Counted from the stretch's first letter, positions 38,108 to 51,416 are shown. The stretch: DNA of 64,000 bases from Paragordius varius (GCA_964247055.1 OZ176055.1:1426001-1490000); one strand, 5' to 3'. Made by a program: numbers and translations. The notes: a model not told the origin generated them from the letters alone.

Positions 38108-40717
38108 ATGCGATTTACAGCGTTAGTTAGGTATGGAAAAATTATTTAATTTTTTAGTGGTGGTAAAGATAGTTGTTTTAACATTATCAAATGTCTTGAT
38201 CAGGGACATGAAATAGTATCATTATCCAATTTATATCCACCCGCTCAAGGTTTAAAATTAAATCATATTTTAGATGAAATCGATAGTTATATGTACCAAA
38301 GTATTGGCCATGAAGGTATTGAAATGATAGGTCATGCTACTAGATTACCACTTCATAGACAATGTATTACAGGCAAACCTTTAGAAACTACCCTGGATTA
38401 TCAACATAAATATATGGACGACGAAGTCGAAAATTTGTATACATTGCTAAAATCTGTAAAGGTAATTTTCTTTATAAATTATAAAGACAATACATATATA
38501 CAAATAATTTTATAAAAACAGCCATAATTATTTTTATTATACTTAAATAATTGAGTGAAATTTTCAGTTGAGTATGTTATATTTTTTTCTGCAGCCCTAA
38601 ATGATCAACTGTATTTATAAATTAATATGAGTTTATTGCTGTTATTTTAAAAATATGCCTTTCTTACATTTGATATATAAATGCAAATTCTTAGAGTCAA
38701 GAAATGATTGAGGGTGTGAGTTGTGGTGCCATTTGGTCAGAATATCAGAAAAACAGACTGGAACATGTATGTTTCTTACGCTTTATAAATTTAATTTTCA
38801 TAACTTAAAAAGAAATATTTTTTTTGGAAAACAATATATTTTTTAAAAGTGGATATTTTGAATATAACTCATCGTTTTGCGTTGCAAAATAAGATATAAT
38901 GAACTAAATAAGAATTTGTTTTTATTAATTAATGCATATCTACCAAAAGGCATCTTTTTACTTTTATCAGTCAATAATGCTCTTTGCTAAATGTGCTATC
39001 TAGAAATATTAATACAGCAATGTAAACTTACTTATATCGTATGTTTAAAATCCACTCAATTATATTTAAATAGTTTATGTAAGGAAATTAAGATATAAAA
39101 CATTATGTTATCTTTTTCAAATCAAATTTTTTGTCTTTTGGTTTTTACGTTTTTGTCTGTATAAATTCAAATTTATTATTTATAATCTCTCTTCATAGGT
39201 GTGTGAACGTTTAGACCTTGAACCACTATGCTATTTATGGCGTCGAGAACAATCTCAACTGTTGGCAGAAATGTTAGAGGCTAATCAATACAATTGTGCT
39301 ACAGGAACTGTACCATCCTTCCATGTCATAATTATAAAGGTGATTTGATTTTACAATTTATCTCGCAATCAATTTATCATTTTTTGATTTCAATGCCATA
39401 TGTTTTATATTAAAAGGTTTTATTTTGGTTTCATTATTTTCTAAACTTCTTGTTGGTATAATTGGTTAAATATACAGTATAAATAAGGCTCTAATTTAAT
39501 AGTCTATACAAAGTTACACACCTAAATATTATAAAACTGGCCTAAAAAATAAGGTTACACATTTTTTAAAAGATTTTTGAATAATAACAATAGTTATATG
39601 CCATTAAAATAAAATTTAATTTAGATTTTAAAGATAATATTTTTTAAAAAAAGGATCAAGGTGCGGATAATGACCCATATATTTTCCAAGGTGCATATCA
39701 GGGTTTATTTTTTTTATTATGCAAACAAATGGATCAATTGCATTATTTTGCAGATTAATGTTTTAATTCTGTTACTTTATTTTATAATTATTAATTGCTT
39801 CTTAAAAGCGGTGCCTAATGTTACTTATTAATTGTCGTAATTTAACATATTTTTCCTATTTACAGATTATTTGCTTTTGTAGGTTAAAATTGGAAAAAGT
39901 TATAATTCCAATTATTTGAATGAAACCGGTCTAAAAGCTTTTTTCAAAATAACTTTGAAATCAAGACCATTTTGTGCTCTTTTTTTCAATGATTAAAAAA
40001 AATTTACATTTAAAATTAAAATATATATGGATAAAACGTAAAAATTAAAAGCAAATATTTTTTTGAAACAATCATACTTTTTTAAACTTTAATTTTTTTC
40101 TACACCAATTATATAATCACAAGACTGAATCAAAATGTTGTACTAACAATTTAAAATCTTTTACCTCTCAAAATAATAACATAGTTGGAAAAAAAAATGG
40201 ATTAAAAAAATATGGTTATCTTTTTAAAATATTTGTCTTTTGGTTTTTTACTTTTCTATGTATAGTTTACTGGTCAGACCCAACTTTATGTTAAAAAATC
40301 TTACTGTAATTTTATATGCCTTAAATAAAGGTAGCCTGTCTCGGTTTAAATCCTTACACAGATCTTGGCCTTACGCTCGATCAATTACAACCAAAATTAA
40401 TGGATTGCCTAACAAAGTATGGAATAAATGTTTGCGGGGAGGGTGGGGAATATGAAACATTTGTACTGAATTGTTCACTTCATAACCTGTATAAAAGACC
40501 ACTAAAGGTTTCACATGCAAAAACATTCTTGATTCAAGACCATGACAATAAGCCTGTACAAATTTGTGCAAATTTAACAAATGTCGGCCAAAATTTTACC
40601 AATAGCAGTAATAATTGTGTTATAAACAACAATAATGGTAATAATATCAATAATAGGGCAATCACCTTATTAGCTCCGGTAGGTTACCTTAAAATGGATC
40701 ACATAGAAATGGGATAA
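38108..40717 (+). CDS. DPH6: Diphthine--ammonia ligase (diphthamide synthetase), ~300 aa, 6 exons
   Basis: Exons 38108-38130, 38158-38249, 38274-38461, 38695-38766, 39199-39339, 40331-40717. Motifs ALVSGGKDSC, DEIDSYMYQSIGH, DEVENLY, GAIWSEYQ, GINVCGEGGEYETFVL, APVGYL. Confidence 0.95.
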
Positions 40718-41394
40718 ATGTTTATTGAATAATACTTTACATTTTTTTGACACCATACAATGAAAAACTCATGTATCTGGAAATACTGCTCACTTAATAA
40801 ATAGTATTCTTACTTAGATTTCCTTTTTAAAATTAAGTTATCATAGTTTTGAGATTTATTTTGATATAAAGTCAAGTTGTGTAAAATTTTGATTTGTAGC
40901 ATGGTGGTATTAAATGATATCTTAAACCTGTAATCAAAAATTTGATGAATATGAACTGTGGGCGTTTACAATTTGATTTTCCCAGGTTTTGGTAATTGAT
41001 ACGTTCTTCAGAATAAAATTAATATGTTTTGAGATATGTTTTAAAAAATATTTAGAATTAAATTATATGGATCATGGAATTTATTTCATTCATTTTAAAT
41101 TTATCCATATATCTAAGCGCTAATATTCATGTAATTGACAAATGACTATGGGTAAAAATATCACATAAAATAGAAAATGACTTTTAATTTTGAGCGAGTG
41201 TTTTTAAAAATGTATTATTATAAAAATAAATTTTCGGTGTGACTTAAATTTGAAATTGGCTAAAACGTATCATATATTAATTACCTTATTAAATTTTATG
41301 AGAAAAAAAGGCTTTTTAATACAAATTCAGCCTTTATAATATGGTTTTTTGATAGTTTTGTGATGGTAAATAAGCATGGCATAAATAGGCACAA

Positions 41395-44300
41395 CTAACA
41401 TTCCTTATTCCAATCAATTAATCCGTTCAAGGTTTCACCCTTTTCATACTTTTCGAGGTTCGCTCCAAAAACTTTATTAACCTAAAAAGAGATAAGTTTG
41501 TTATAATTTCACAAAAATTCTAAATATAAGCTGATATATTATTATAAATAAGGTCTTGGTTACGTAGAAAAAATTTAATTTTTATAACTTTTATATTTGA
41601 TGTATGTAAAATAATAAATATTAATATTTTTATGGGAAAAAAGGAATAAAATGCAAAAATATATATACTAAATGTGGCATTGTGGTACCAGAAACATGGG
41701 GTGTGATCACAACCTAAGATATATTAAAAAAACTTAATATCTGCATTTTTATTGAATGGATTTTTTCAATAACCAAAAAAATATTGCAAGATAAAACATT
41801 ATTAAACATCTAACCTGTATCAAAAAAGATACCTACCATATATTTTTTTTAACTTTGATTATAAAAATACCGTATGATTTTAGGATGCAAAATAATTTTT
41901 ATGCAACTAACTATATATTAAAAAATTATTCAAGGTAGCTCAGAACATAAATTTAAACCTTTTCCACTTATATATAAAATAAAATATACCTGAGGCATGG
42001 TCCATATCTTACTCGTCTCTGGTAAGGGTTCAGTTTCAAAAACATCTAAAATTGCGGCAGAAATCCATTTTTCTCTATAAATAAATGGCAACATAGGCTT
42101 TGAAAAGAGTTAAAATTATTATGAAAAGTAAGATAAAAAAATTTCAATTTCATCGTTTTTTGTTTGAATGTTGATTTTACATGGATAATAATCGCAACAA
42201 AATTAAAAGATAACATTTTAAAGCATGATCTTTTTCCATAAGAAAATAAAAGTAAAGAAAAAATGTAAAAATTAAGAGAATTTTTTTTAAAAATTAGCAT
42301 ATTTGAATTCTTACAAAAACGATCGTTTTGCCTTACAAAAGAAAGAATTAATATGTAATTTAATAACAGTTTCAATTGTTACATTGCACTGTTGTTTTTT
42401 TCATTTGGATGTATATTTAAAAATAACAACGTTTAAAAAAATATATCTATGTTTGAAAATAATATTTTTCTTCGACTTTATATATTTTTTTGCTTATTTT
42501 ATTTTTTTATTCTAATATTTTAAAATACTTTATACTTTATATTGTAATGAATAAAAATAGTAAAAAAAAATGATTAAAATATTGAAAAATATTTTTTTAA
42601 ACGGTTTAAAAACCGCGTTTCGGTTCCATATCGGATTTTAATCCATCCTTAATAAAAAAAAGTCTACATAAAATCTTATTAAATTAACCATATATATTAC
42701 CAAACTCATATTATATAACCTATTTGTAAAAAAAATAATTTAATTAACTTTTAAGCTCTTTGCTTAAATATTATCAGGTTTCGTGTTTTACGGCCTTAAT
42801 TTTTATATAATTTCATAATATATCAAAATATTTTATAATATTGATTATAGCAAAAGGAACATCTAAATAATAAATATATACAGTAAAAATTGAAATGATA
42901 CGAACACAAAACTAAAAAGGTTTGAAGAAAAATATTTGCTAAAAAAACTGCATACTTTATATATGTCTTGATTTTTAATATATAAATGATTGTTTTGAAT
43001 TGAAAGCTATAAACTAGATATGTAATTTGGTTACACAATCAATTATTTATTATATGATTGCAATTAATTGATTTCTAAAGGATAAATAAAGGTTTAAAAA
43101 GTATGGTTGTCGTTTAAAAAAATAATTGTTGTTTTTATATTTTTGCGTTTTGTCCGTATAATTTCAATTTTTACTGTATATTTGCGTAATTTACAATTTA
43201 ATTTGCTCATTTGAAATTAAAAATTAAATCCGTATCATTTTAAAAAATTAAGGTAGGAAATTACTCTAAAGCCTTGACCAGCTGATCTTCCGCTATTAAA
43301 TCTCCCCGGCCAATATTGATAAAAACGGGTTTCTATTCTCACAAATGATAAATATAATTTAAATATAGGTTTAAGATTAACACTTTAATATTCCATGATT
43401 TTTTTCGGTTTTATTAAACTTTTTAGGTTAAGCAACAATTATCATATAAAACAATTGTGAACGTAAAAAAAGAAAGATAAACCAAATCGCAAAATCAAAA
43501 ATGGTTTCAAAAAAATTGTTTTAAAATAAAAATCCACGTCCTTAAATTAAAATTGATAATTTACATAAAAATATATTAATTCGAAAAAATCGTGTATATA
43601 TTTAAAAAACTGTTATTTTCAAGATTAAAATAAGCCAATTTAATTATCTCCTTTAGTAGTGATATTAATAGATATACTTAAACTATTTCATATACATATA
43701 AAAATTTCAAATTTTATTTGATATATATATATATAATATTTAAATTAAATTTAAAAAAAATTATGTAAAATATGGAAATATAAACACCCGTTTTTCCGCA
43801 CACTTCAAAAGATCATTGTTCAATAAACCGCGCGTTGATGGAATGCTCGGTAATATGCTCACCAAATAATCACAAGATGCTAAAAAAGTTGTAAGTTCTG
43901 ACCCTATACTAAAAAAATATTTTACAAAAATGATTTTATAAGAACTCACCAAAATTATTTATAAGGAAAATGTATGTAAATATAAATTTGATAAATGCCA
44001 CTATTTATTTTAAACTTAAAAACTGTATTTTTAACTTAAAAGCGTATGTTTAATAGCGTAAGATGACAAATGATGTGCAAAAAAATATTCATAAATATGA
44101 CCTATATTATACGGAGGACAAAAGAATATTTTTAAATTCAAATCTCATAAAGTAGTTTAAGTAAAAAACTATCTAAAACAACTAGAATGTGGAATTTTTT
44201 TGTCATATCTATCTAAACATCTACAGATGTGAAAAAAAATTAAAAAAATCTTATCCTCAATATAAAATTTGACATAGAAAATTCAAATTCACTCTCGAAC

Positions 44301-44734
44301 AATTCAAATTCATCCTCAAATAAATTATAGTGTTTTTAATATAAAAAACCTATATTTTTATAAAATAAAATTTTGTTATATAATACTGAAAAAATAATAA
44401 ACTATGCCATAAAGATATATTTTATATTAAATGATGAGTTATATTAGTTCGAAAACACATAATTTATTTTTAGGGTGAATTTGAATTGTTCTAGAGTGAA
44501 TTTGAATTCTAAATAATATACAATGATTTATCAATCAGGGTTGGTTCCGATTTTCGCGTTGTGCTATAAGTGAATACAGTACATCCGAAAGATTTCAAAA
44601 GTCTTGCAACTAAAAATGAAAAAAAATAATTAAATAATCACTACGGACAAAAATTTAAATTATAGGGACAAAACGTAAAAATACAAATACATGCAATATT
44701 TTTTTCTAAAATATATCACCATACTTTTTAATTA

Positions 44735-44773
<39 letters not shown>

Positions 44774-47059
44774 CTTGTTTAAAATTAGAAAGTATGAAAC
44801 AGAGATAAATATATATATATATATATTTAATATATATATGTAATATTTTGTAACATATTCAATTATATATTTTACGATGGTAATTAAATAATTTATACAT
44901 GGGAAAAATTAAGGTTTAAAAAAGTATATTTGCCTTTTAATATTCTTACCTGTTCGCATGATTACATATTTTACTGTAAAAAAACCAAATTATATTTAAC
45001 AATTTAATTTTTTTGTATACAGCTTCCTTTAAAAACCCATGCAAAATTAAATATATATTGACATGTTATAAACAGCACATTATTTTATAAGCTTTGTTTT
45101 CCAAATAACGGACTTTTTTTTCACACACAAAAATAAAATCAATTAGTTTGCTAAATAACCTTTAATAAATGTCACCCAAGATAATTTTTTTATAATTATA
45201 TTCAATATAAAACAAATAAAATTAACTAAACCTCCTTAGTTCTTCCCATAAAAATGGTAGTTAATCCCTCTTTTTTAAAAATATTGAAAAATTGAGATTA
45301 ATTCAAAATAAAGGTTTATATATTTTATAAAAAATGTAAAAACACAAGAGCACTGTGATTAAGTATTAATTTTTACTGTATCATTTATTTTTAATAAAAA
45401 TATAACTACAAAATATTTAGTGTTTGAGAATTAAATAAACATTTAGGCTAATAATCATTAACAATATATATATAAAAGTGCATGAGTAGGCTAATTGCAA
45501 GCGCTGTTAAATACAAAAAAAATAATTTTATGGGTGTATTACAGTATGCATTGTTTATGGTTGCTTATTTCACACTATAGTAGGGAGCAATATACATCAC
45601 AGTAGTGTATGGAAAAAAGAAATGAAAAATAGTCTTTATTCTAAGATAGATGTTTTTTCCATACACAACTGTGTTGTAAATTGCCCCCTCTATAGTGTGA
45701 AATAAGCAAGCACATTAAAATGCATACTCTATATCCTAAAATATTTTGAATAGCAAACATTCAACATTTAACAGCTTTAAAGAAATAAACTTAAATATAC
45801 CTTCTTTTCCAATATCGCCAAAACCCATGATGCCAACGGTCAGTTGGTATAAGAGACGGTAACCCCATCGCAAATAATCCCTATATAATTAATAAAGTTA
45901 TGAAAGTTTACAGTACAAAATTAAATGTATGCATAAATAATTTTGTAAATAAAATCATATTGTTAGATTTTATTTTTTTTCTTTACAAACTATATGATTA
46001 AATTGTTTATGTTACCAATTTACATTTCTATTTCATATTTTGGAGACCAAAACGCAAGAATATTTAGCCTAATTTATGTTTTTATTCATAATTTATTGCT
46101 CTATGAAAAACTACGTAAAAAATTGAAAATATACGGACAAAACGTGAAAATACAAAGACAATTTTTCCAACAGACAATCATACTTTTGATTAATTAATGT
46201 TTAACTCATTGTTTTATATTTCCAAGGTATAAAATAGAGATGTATATTGGTAACATAATCTATTCTATATTTTAGATTTGTTATTCACTATTTTACTATG
46301 ATTTATTTAGTTTTGAAAAAATATCGTTGTCTTTTAGAAAAATATATTTGTCTTTATATTTTTACGTTTTGTCCGTATAATCTCAATTTTCACTGTATGT
46401 TAAAATAAAAATAAAAGTTTGGTAATAAGTTAAATTGTTTAAATATCGATAATTTGAAATAATATTGATTAAACCTATGGCTCAAATATCAATATACAGT
46501 TTCGATAGTTTAATTTACATATTTAAATTAACTTAAAAATAAAATTAAAATGTACCATTTTTTAAGTTTTTGGTTATCGTGCATATGATAAAATAACCGT
46601 TCATGTGCAACTATTTGTGATATGACATATTCACCCATAACAGGACCAAACACCCCAGTCATACGTGTAAATTTTATCTGTTTTGGAATCTTTAAATTCT
46701 ATGTAAATTCAAAAAAACTTGATATTTTGTTTCATGGATTTGGGAAAAAAATTTATCTACACCTAAATATTTATTTTATATGTAAAGCAAACCTGCTGAA
46801 GTAGCTTGCATCCATTTAAGTTTTGGCATATGTGATAAAAGATTTGGTATAACTGCGGCATCGGCTACTAAAACTTCTTTATCCTTTATTTCATGTTTAA
46901 GGTCATCAGTCAGCATTGGACATCCCCCTTAATACAATATAGACGTTAATCAAAACTTTTTGCGGGTACTACACAAAATTTTAGGTTGGGAAAGGCTTGA
47001 ATTATACTTTCAGCAAAACCGGGGAAAGCCGACGCAAAGACAACATTTTTAACCTGCAT
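41395..47059 (-). CDS. D-isomer-specific 2-hydroxyacid dehydrogenase (glyoxylate/hydroxypyruvate reductase A-like), paralog 2, 329 aa
   Basis: Exons 47059-46957, 46927-46793, 46762-46719, 46689-46556, 45880-45801, 44609-44522, 43908-43788, 43332-43265, 42074-41990, 41713-41669, 41481-41395 (990 nt). Motifs LKWMQATSAGVD, GFGDIG, INIGRGD, LDVFETEPLP, ITPHVSG. Confidence 0.93.
42879..43178. mobile_element. MITE family F copy
   Basis: TACAGTAAAAATTGAAATGATAC...TTTTGTCCGTATAATTTCAATTTTTACTGTA, in intron 8 of paralog 2. Confidence 0.85.
44277..44510. mobile_element. MITE family A, copy 3
   Basis: ATTCAAATTCACTCTCGAACAATTCAAATTC...GAATTTGAATTGTTCTAGAGTGAATTTGAATT, ending ~11 nt from a splice donor. 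Confidence 0.8.
45539..45733. mobile_element. TACAGT-ended foldback MITE (~195 bp)
   Basis: TACAGTATGCATT..GCTTATTTCACACTATAG mirrored by CTATAGTGTGAAATAAGC..AATGCATACTCTA. Confidence 0.75.
46112..46397. mobile_element. MITE family F copy
   Basis: AAATTGAAAATATACGGACAAAACG...CGTTTTGTCCGTATAATCTCAATTTTCACTGTA. Confidence 0.8.
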
Positions 47060-47744
47060 TTAAAAATTTAAAAACATTTGGCACAGTGAATGTTTTTATT
47101 TTCAAATGCAAGGTTTAAAATATCCTGGGTAATCGAAATTTATTATACAAATTTATTATATACATGGATGTAAATACTAAATATATTCGATATAAATTAA
47201 GATTATCTATAATTAATATAAAAATTACCGTACCAATAGAAATATAGACAGTTCCCGTCCCCCACGATGACCTCGATTGTAAAAAAAACATGGTTATTTA
47301 TCGCATTCTGACCGTTTTTACAAATATAAATAAATATTGGATAATTATCATCTATATTTATTTAATTGTAAAAAATACTTAAATATTCTCTATAAGAAGG
47401 TTATAAAATACCCATTAATTACCGAGTATATGGGAATAGTTAACCACTGCATTTTAAATACAGGGACTCTCTATGTATACCGGACAATGTTTTAAAAAAA
47501 TGTAAGATCATTAAATGCGCCAGCATCTTGATAACTCTACACAACATATAGAAGCAAGTTTCGTTGTAAACGCAAAAAGGCAAAGAATGCACGATATTTT
47601 TATGGATTAAATCAAATGATCTTGGGCGTTTATTAACATTTATTAAAAAATGTGAGGTAACGCAAACTGAAAGGCTAACACATGCATTTCATCATATGAT
47701 TTTAATTTAAAATTTTAAATCAGTTTTTATTTTCAAGTTTGAAA
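47060..47744. promoter_or_regulatory. Probable bidirectional promoter/5'UTR region between divergent dehydrogenase paralogs
   Basis: Only 685 nt separate the two ATGs on opposite strands. No specific motif was identified. Confidence 0.6.
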
Positions 47745-50733
47745 ATGTCCAAAATTAAAGCTGTTTTTTGCTCAATTTTGCCAGGATTGACGGAAAATAT
47801 TAAAAAATTATCAGATGTAAGATTTTATATCGTCCCTGCCAGTATATTTTAATAATGTTTAGATAATGGCAGCTTAATATTAGATCCGAATTTGAAAGCT
47901 ATGATAAGGGATAAAGAGATTTTAGTTGCAGATCCAAGTCTGATGCCAATTTTTTTGGATACTATGCCAAAACTTAAATGGATGCAGTCTACGTTGGCGG
48001 GTCAAAATTTTATTTAATGATTTAGGTGTGGATAAATTTTTTAAACAAGTCACTGATACATGCAAAGTTAAATTTCATTAATATTGTTTTAGATTCCTGA
48101 GCATGTAAAATTTACCCGGATGACTGGAATATATGGACCTGTTATGGGGGAATACGTAATTTCCCAGATAATTTCCAACGAGAGATATTTTTATCAAATG
48201 CATGAAAATCAAAAAGACAAAAAATGGTTTAGTCTTCAAATAAAAAATATATTCTATGTGTATTGATAGGGATCACATCCAATGTAATTATCGCCTAATT
48301 TCCGATTTAACAGTCGGACTTATGGGTTTCGGCGATATAGGCAGCGAAAGTAATGATTTATAAGCCATTCAAATTTTTCTTTTATTAATTGAATATTTGA
48401 GTAATATTTATGTGATGCCGTTTAGTTGCAAGATTACTTAAGGCCCTTGGATGCAAGGTGCACACCCTCACCTCAAATCGTAAATTGGATCCAAAACGTA
48501 TTGATAAATCTTTGTAATATTTAATTAATGACCTTATATAATATTTTTTTGAATATATTATTATGGCCATAAGAAGATTTCGCAAACTACGATGGAAATT
48601 TTTAAGAAATTAATTATGCGTTTTATTTTTATCAAATATTCAATTTGATTTGATCCAAACCCGACTAATATTTTTTTTGACCCGATGATATTTATAATTC
48701 AGTAGATTTCTCCGACAAAATATTATGATTTCGTTTTCTAGGAGTTTAACCGATGTTTATCGTTTATAGTATCAGTACAGAATTATCGCAATTTTTGATT
48801 TCTTGCGATTACATAGTTTCAATATTACCCAGTATCCCTTCAACCCGTGGTTTATTAAATGGTGGTAAATTAGAAGGTGCCAAATTAAAAGTTAGTTTTA
48901 TCCGTTGTTATATACGGCTAAAATTAAACAATTATAAACTAAATTTTATAATTTTCTTTTTATGATAGAAACCAGTACTTATTAACATTGGCCGTGGTGA
49001 TTTAATTGACGAGGCTGAGATTTTGAAAGCACTTAAGTAATAATTGGTTTAATATTGATAATTATAAATTAATTAACCTTTCATCTAAAAATTATATATT
49101 AACCGCTGTTAGTATTAAAACGGTGTTTGAGTAGTGACGTTTTTGATAGCTCTTTTAGTTCAAACATTATTATAATAAAAATTTTATTTGTTTTTTTTGT
49201 CAAATAAATTGAATGATTTACAACCTTTATATAATTGATATCTAGTCAAGGTGATTGAGGTTTATAAATGTTAAAATAATTACATTTTATACTTTAATTT
49301 TAAAAGGTAGGATATAAAAAGTTTTATTAACTAATTACGATCTGATACTTTTGTATATAATAGAGAAAAATGGATATCTGGAGCCATATTAGACGTATTT
49401 AGTCAAGAGCCCTTACCCTCTACAAGCATGCTTTGGAATCATCCACAGGTTTACAAATAATTTTAAAGCTCAAAATTAGTAAAAAAACTTAATGTTCTGC
49501 GGAATACAGGACAGCACCGAAAAATTTCATGAATAAGCCATATTGCCAACTATTAGAAACCTGCAAAAACCATTTTTGTGGGTAGGGAAAAAAAGTTTGC
49601 TAAAAAAATTTTCCATTTTATAACAGCAGTAGAGGCGTAGCTAAGGGGTAGGGGCAAGGGGGGCTTGATGCACTTGGCGCCATAGTTGAAAGGGTGCCCG
49701 AATTTTAAAAGTTGTAATGTTATTTCAAAAAAATAGGCATCTTCTATAATACATAAAAGAATTACCCATCAATGAGTACAGTTCGGGATTATTTATTTTT
49801 TACAATGCAAGGAGTTGTATGGTAGGGGTGGGGCATAATCACGGATTCATGCACCGGGCGCCAGAAAGCAAGTTATGTTTTTGAACAGCAGGCAAAACTT
49901 AGCGAAAATTAATTATATCAATGTTTTTGAGGGATATAACGCACTTTCTTAAATTAAATTTCGAATGTTGTTAATCTTACAAAAGAATTTCACCAATGAT
50001 TTTCATAAAAAGTTATTTATGTGTATGAAAAATTTGGGTACTAAATGGTACTATACAAAAATGTCACAATGGTTTATTTTGCACTAAAAGGGGCATAAAA
50101 CCAGTCGTTGCAAAAAGGGTTTGATTGTATTTTTCTTGATTTTTTTAAAAAAAATAGTTGCCATACGTGGCGCGTTTTGCCTCATAATCCACCTTTCCCA
50201 AAAAACTTATGTTTTAAGATATACTTGCTAAGAAATATGTTAAGAAGTTATTTGATTTAGTTAAAAACATTTTTTGAAAACATATTTCCGTTTCCAAAAA
50301 AGCCATTATATTAAATTAAGAACGCTGCTCATATATATCATTTACAATTCACATTCACCCTTAAACAATTCAAATTCACCCTCAAAAAATCCGAACTTGC
50401 CCTCCAATTCAAATCTAAAAATAAATTATGGGCTAATATAACTCATCATTAATATAAAATATATTTTTACGACTATTTTATTTTGAACAGAATTTCATAT
50501 TTTAAAAATATTAAACAATAAAGGTAATTTTTAATCGTAGAAATGCACATAATTTTTAAGGTTAATTTGAATTGTTCAAGGGCGAATTTGAATTGTTTAA
50601 AGGTGTTGAACTGAAATGCTATATATAAATGTATGGGGATAGACTATTAATACTTGACAAGCGAAAAGCACACCATTATTTAAGAGGTTTTGACAATTTA
50701 CCTGTAATAATCCGTTAAAACTAAAACAATTCG

Positions 50734-50771
<38 letters not shown>

Positions 50772-51106
50772 ATTTCATAATTTTATTTTATTTATATTAA
50801 GGTCAAAATTACTCCTCATGTTTCTGGGTTTACAATGGCCAAATTGGTATTTTCTATTTCATTTTTGTTGTTTGGACATTTAAAATTAATTATATTTATG
50901 TTTTTTTGTGTTTGTATTAATTTTTTTTCATTGAATTTCAATTTAAACTAATTCTTATTGAAATGCTTCAATCGTTTTATTTAATCTTATTGATATGCTG
51001 TATATTTTTAAACATATAGGTTAATAAAGTGTTTTTAGCCAATCTTGAAAAGTTTGAAAAGGGTAAACCCTTAAACGGACTCATAGACTGGAAAAAAGGA
51101 TATTAA
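47745..51106 (+). CDS. D-isomer-specific 2-hydroxyacid dehydrogenase (glyoxylate/hydroxypyruvate reductase A-like), paralog 1, 327 aa
   Basis: Exons 47745-47841, 47863-48000, 48026-48066, 48093-48226, 48270-48349, 48426-48513, 48770-48890, 48969-49036, 49364-49448, 50802-50846, 51020-51106 (984 nt). Motifs LKWMQSTLAGVD, GFGDIG, INIGRGD, LDVFSQEPLP, ITPHVSG, C-terminal IDWKKGY. Confidence 0.93.
49628..49885. mobile_element. GC-rich-ended short interspersed element (AGAGGCGTAGCTAAGGGG... terminus)
   Basis: The terminus is the reverse complement of CCCCCTTAGCTACGCCTCTG at about 13318-13337. The right end is degenerate (GCACCGGGCGCCAGAA). Confidence 0.55.
50335..50622. mobile_element. MITE family A, copy 4
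   Basis: TATCATTTACAATTCACATTCACCCTTAAACAATTCAAATTCACCC... with inverted units and a TGCTATATA end; in intron 9 of paralog 1. Confidence 0.8.
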
Positions 51107-51226
51107 AACCTACAACATTGAAAATTAAATTGCAGTGCAAATTACCCTTAAAATTTTCTAGTCAAACAAAATTACAACGATGTGATGTACCCCATATTAT
51201 TAGAGCCAAATTTTTATAAATTTATT

Positions 51227-51416
51227 TACATAGTAAGTATTTATATTGCTATAAAGTTATTAATTATTGCCAAATAGCTTATGCAGCAAAGAGAATTATT
51301 ATTGGCTAATAATAGTAAAAAGGGAAAAAATAACTATAAGCCAATAATACTGCTCTTTGTTGTATATACCATATGCCAATAATAACTTTCTGGGAATGTA
51401 TACTTACTCATACTGT
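51227..51416. mobile_element. MITE family C, copy 2
   Basis: Homologous to 22178-22367; inverted arms. Confidence 0.8.
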
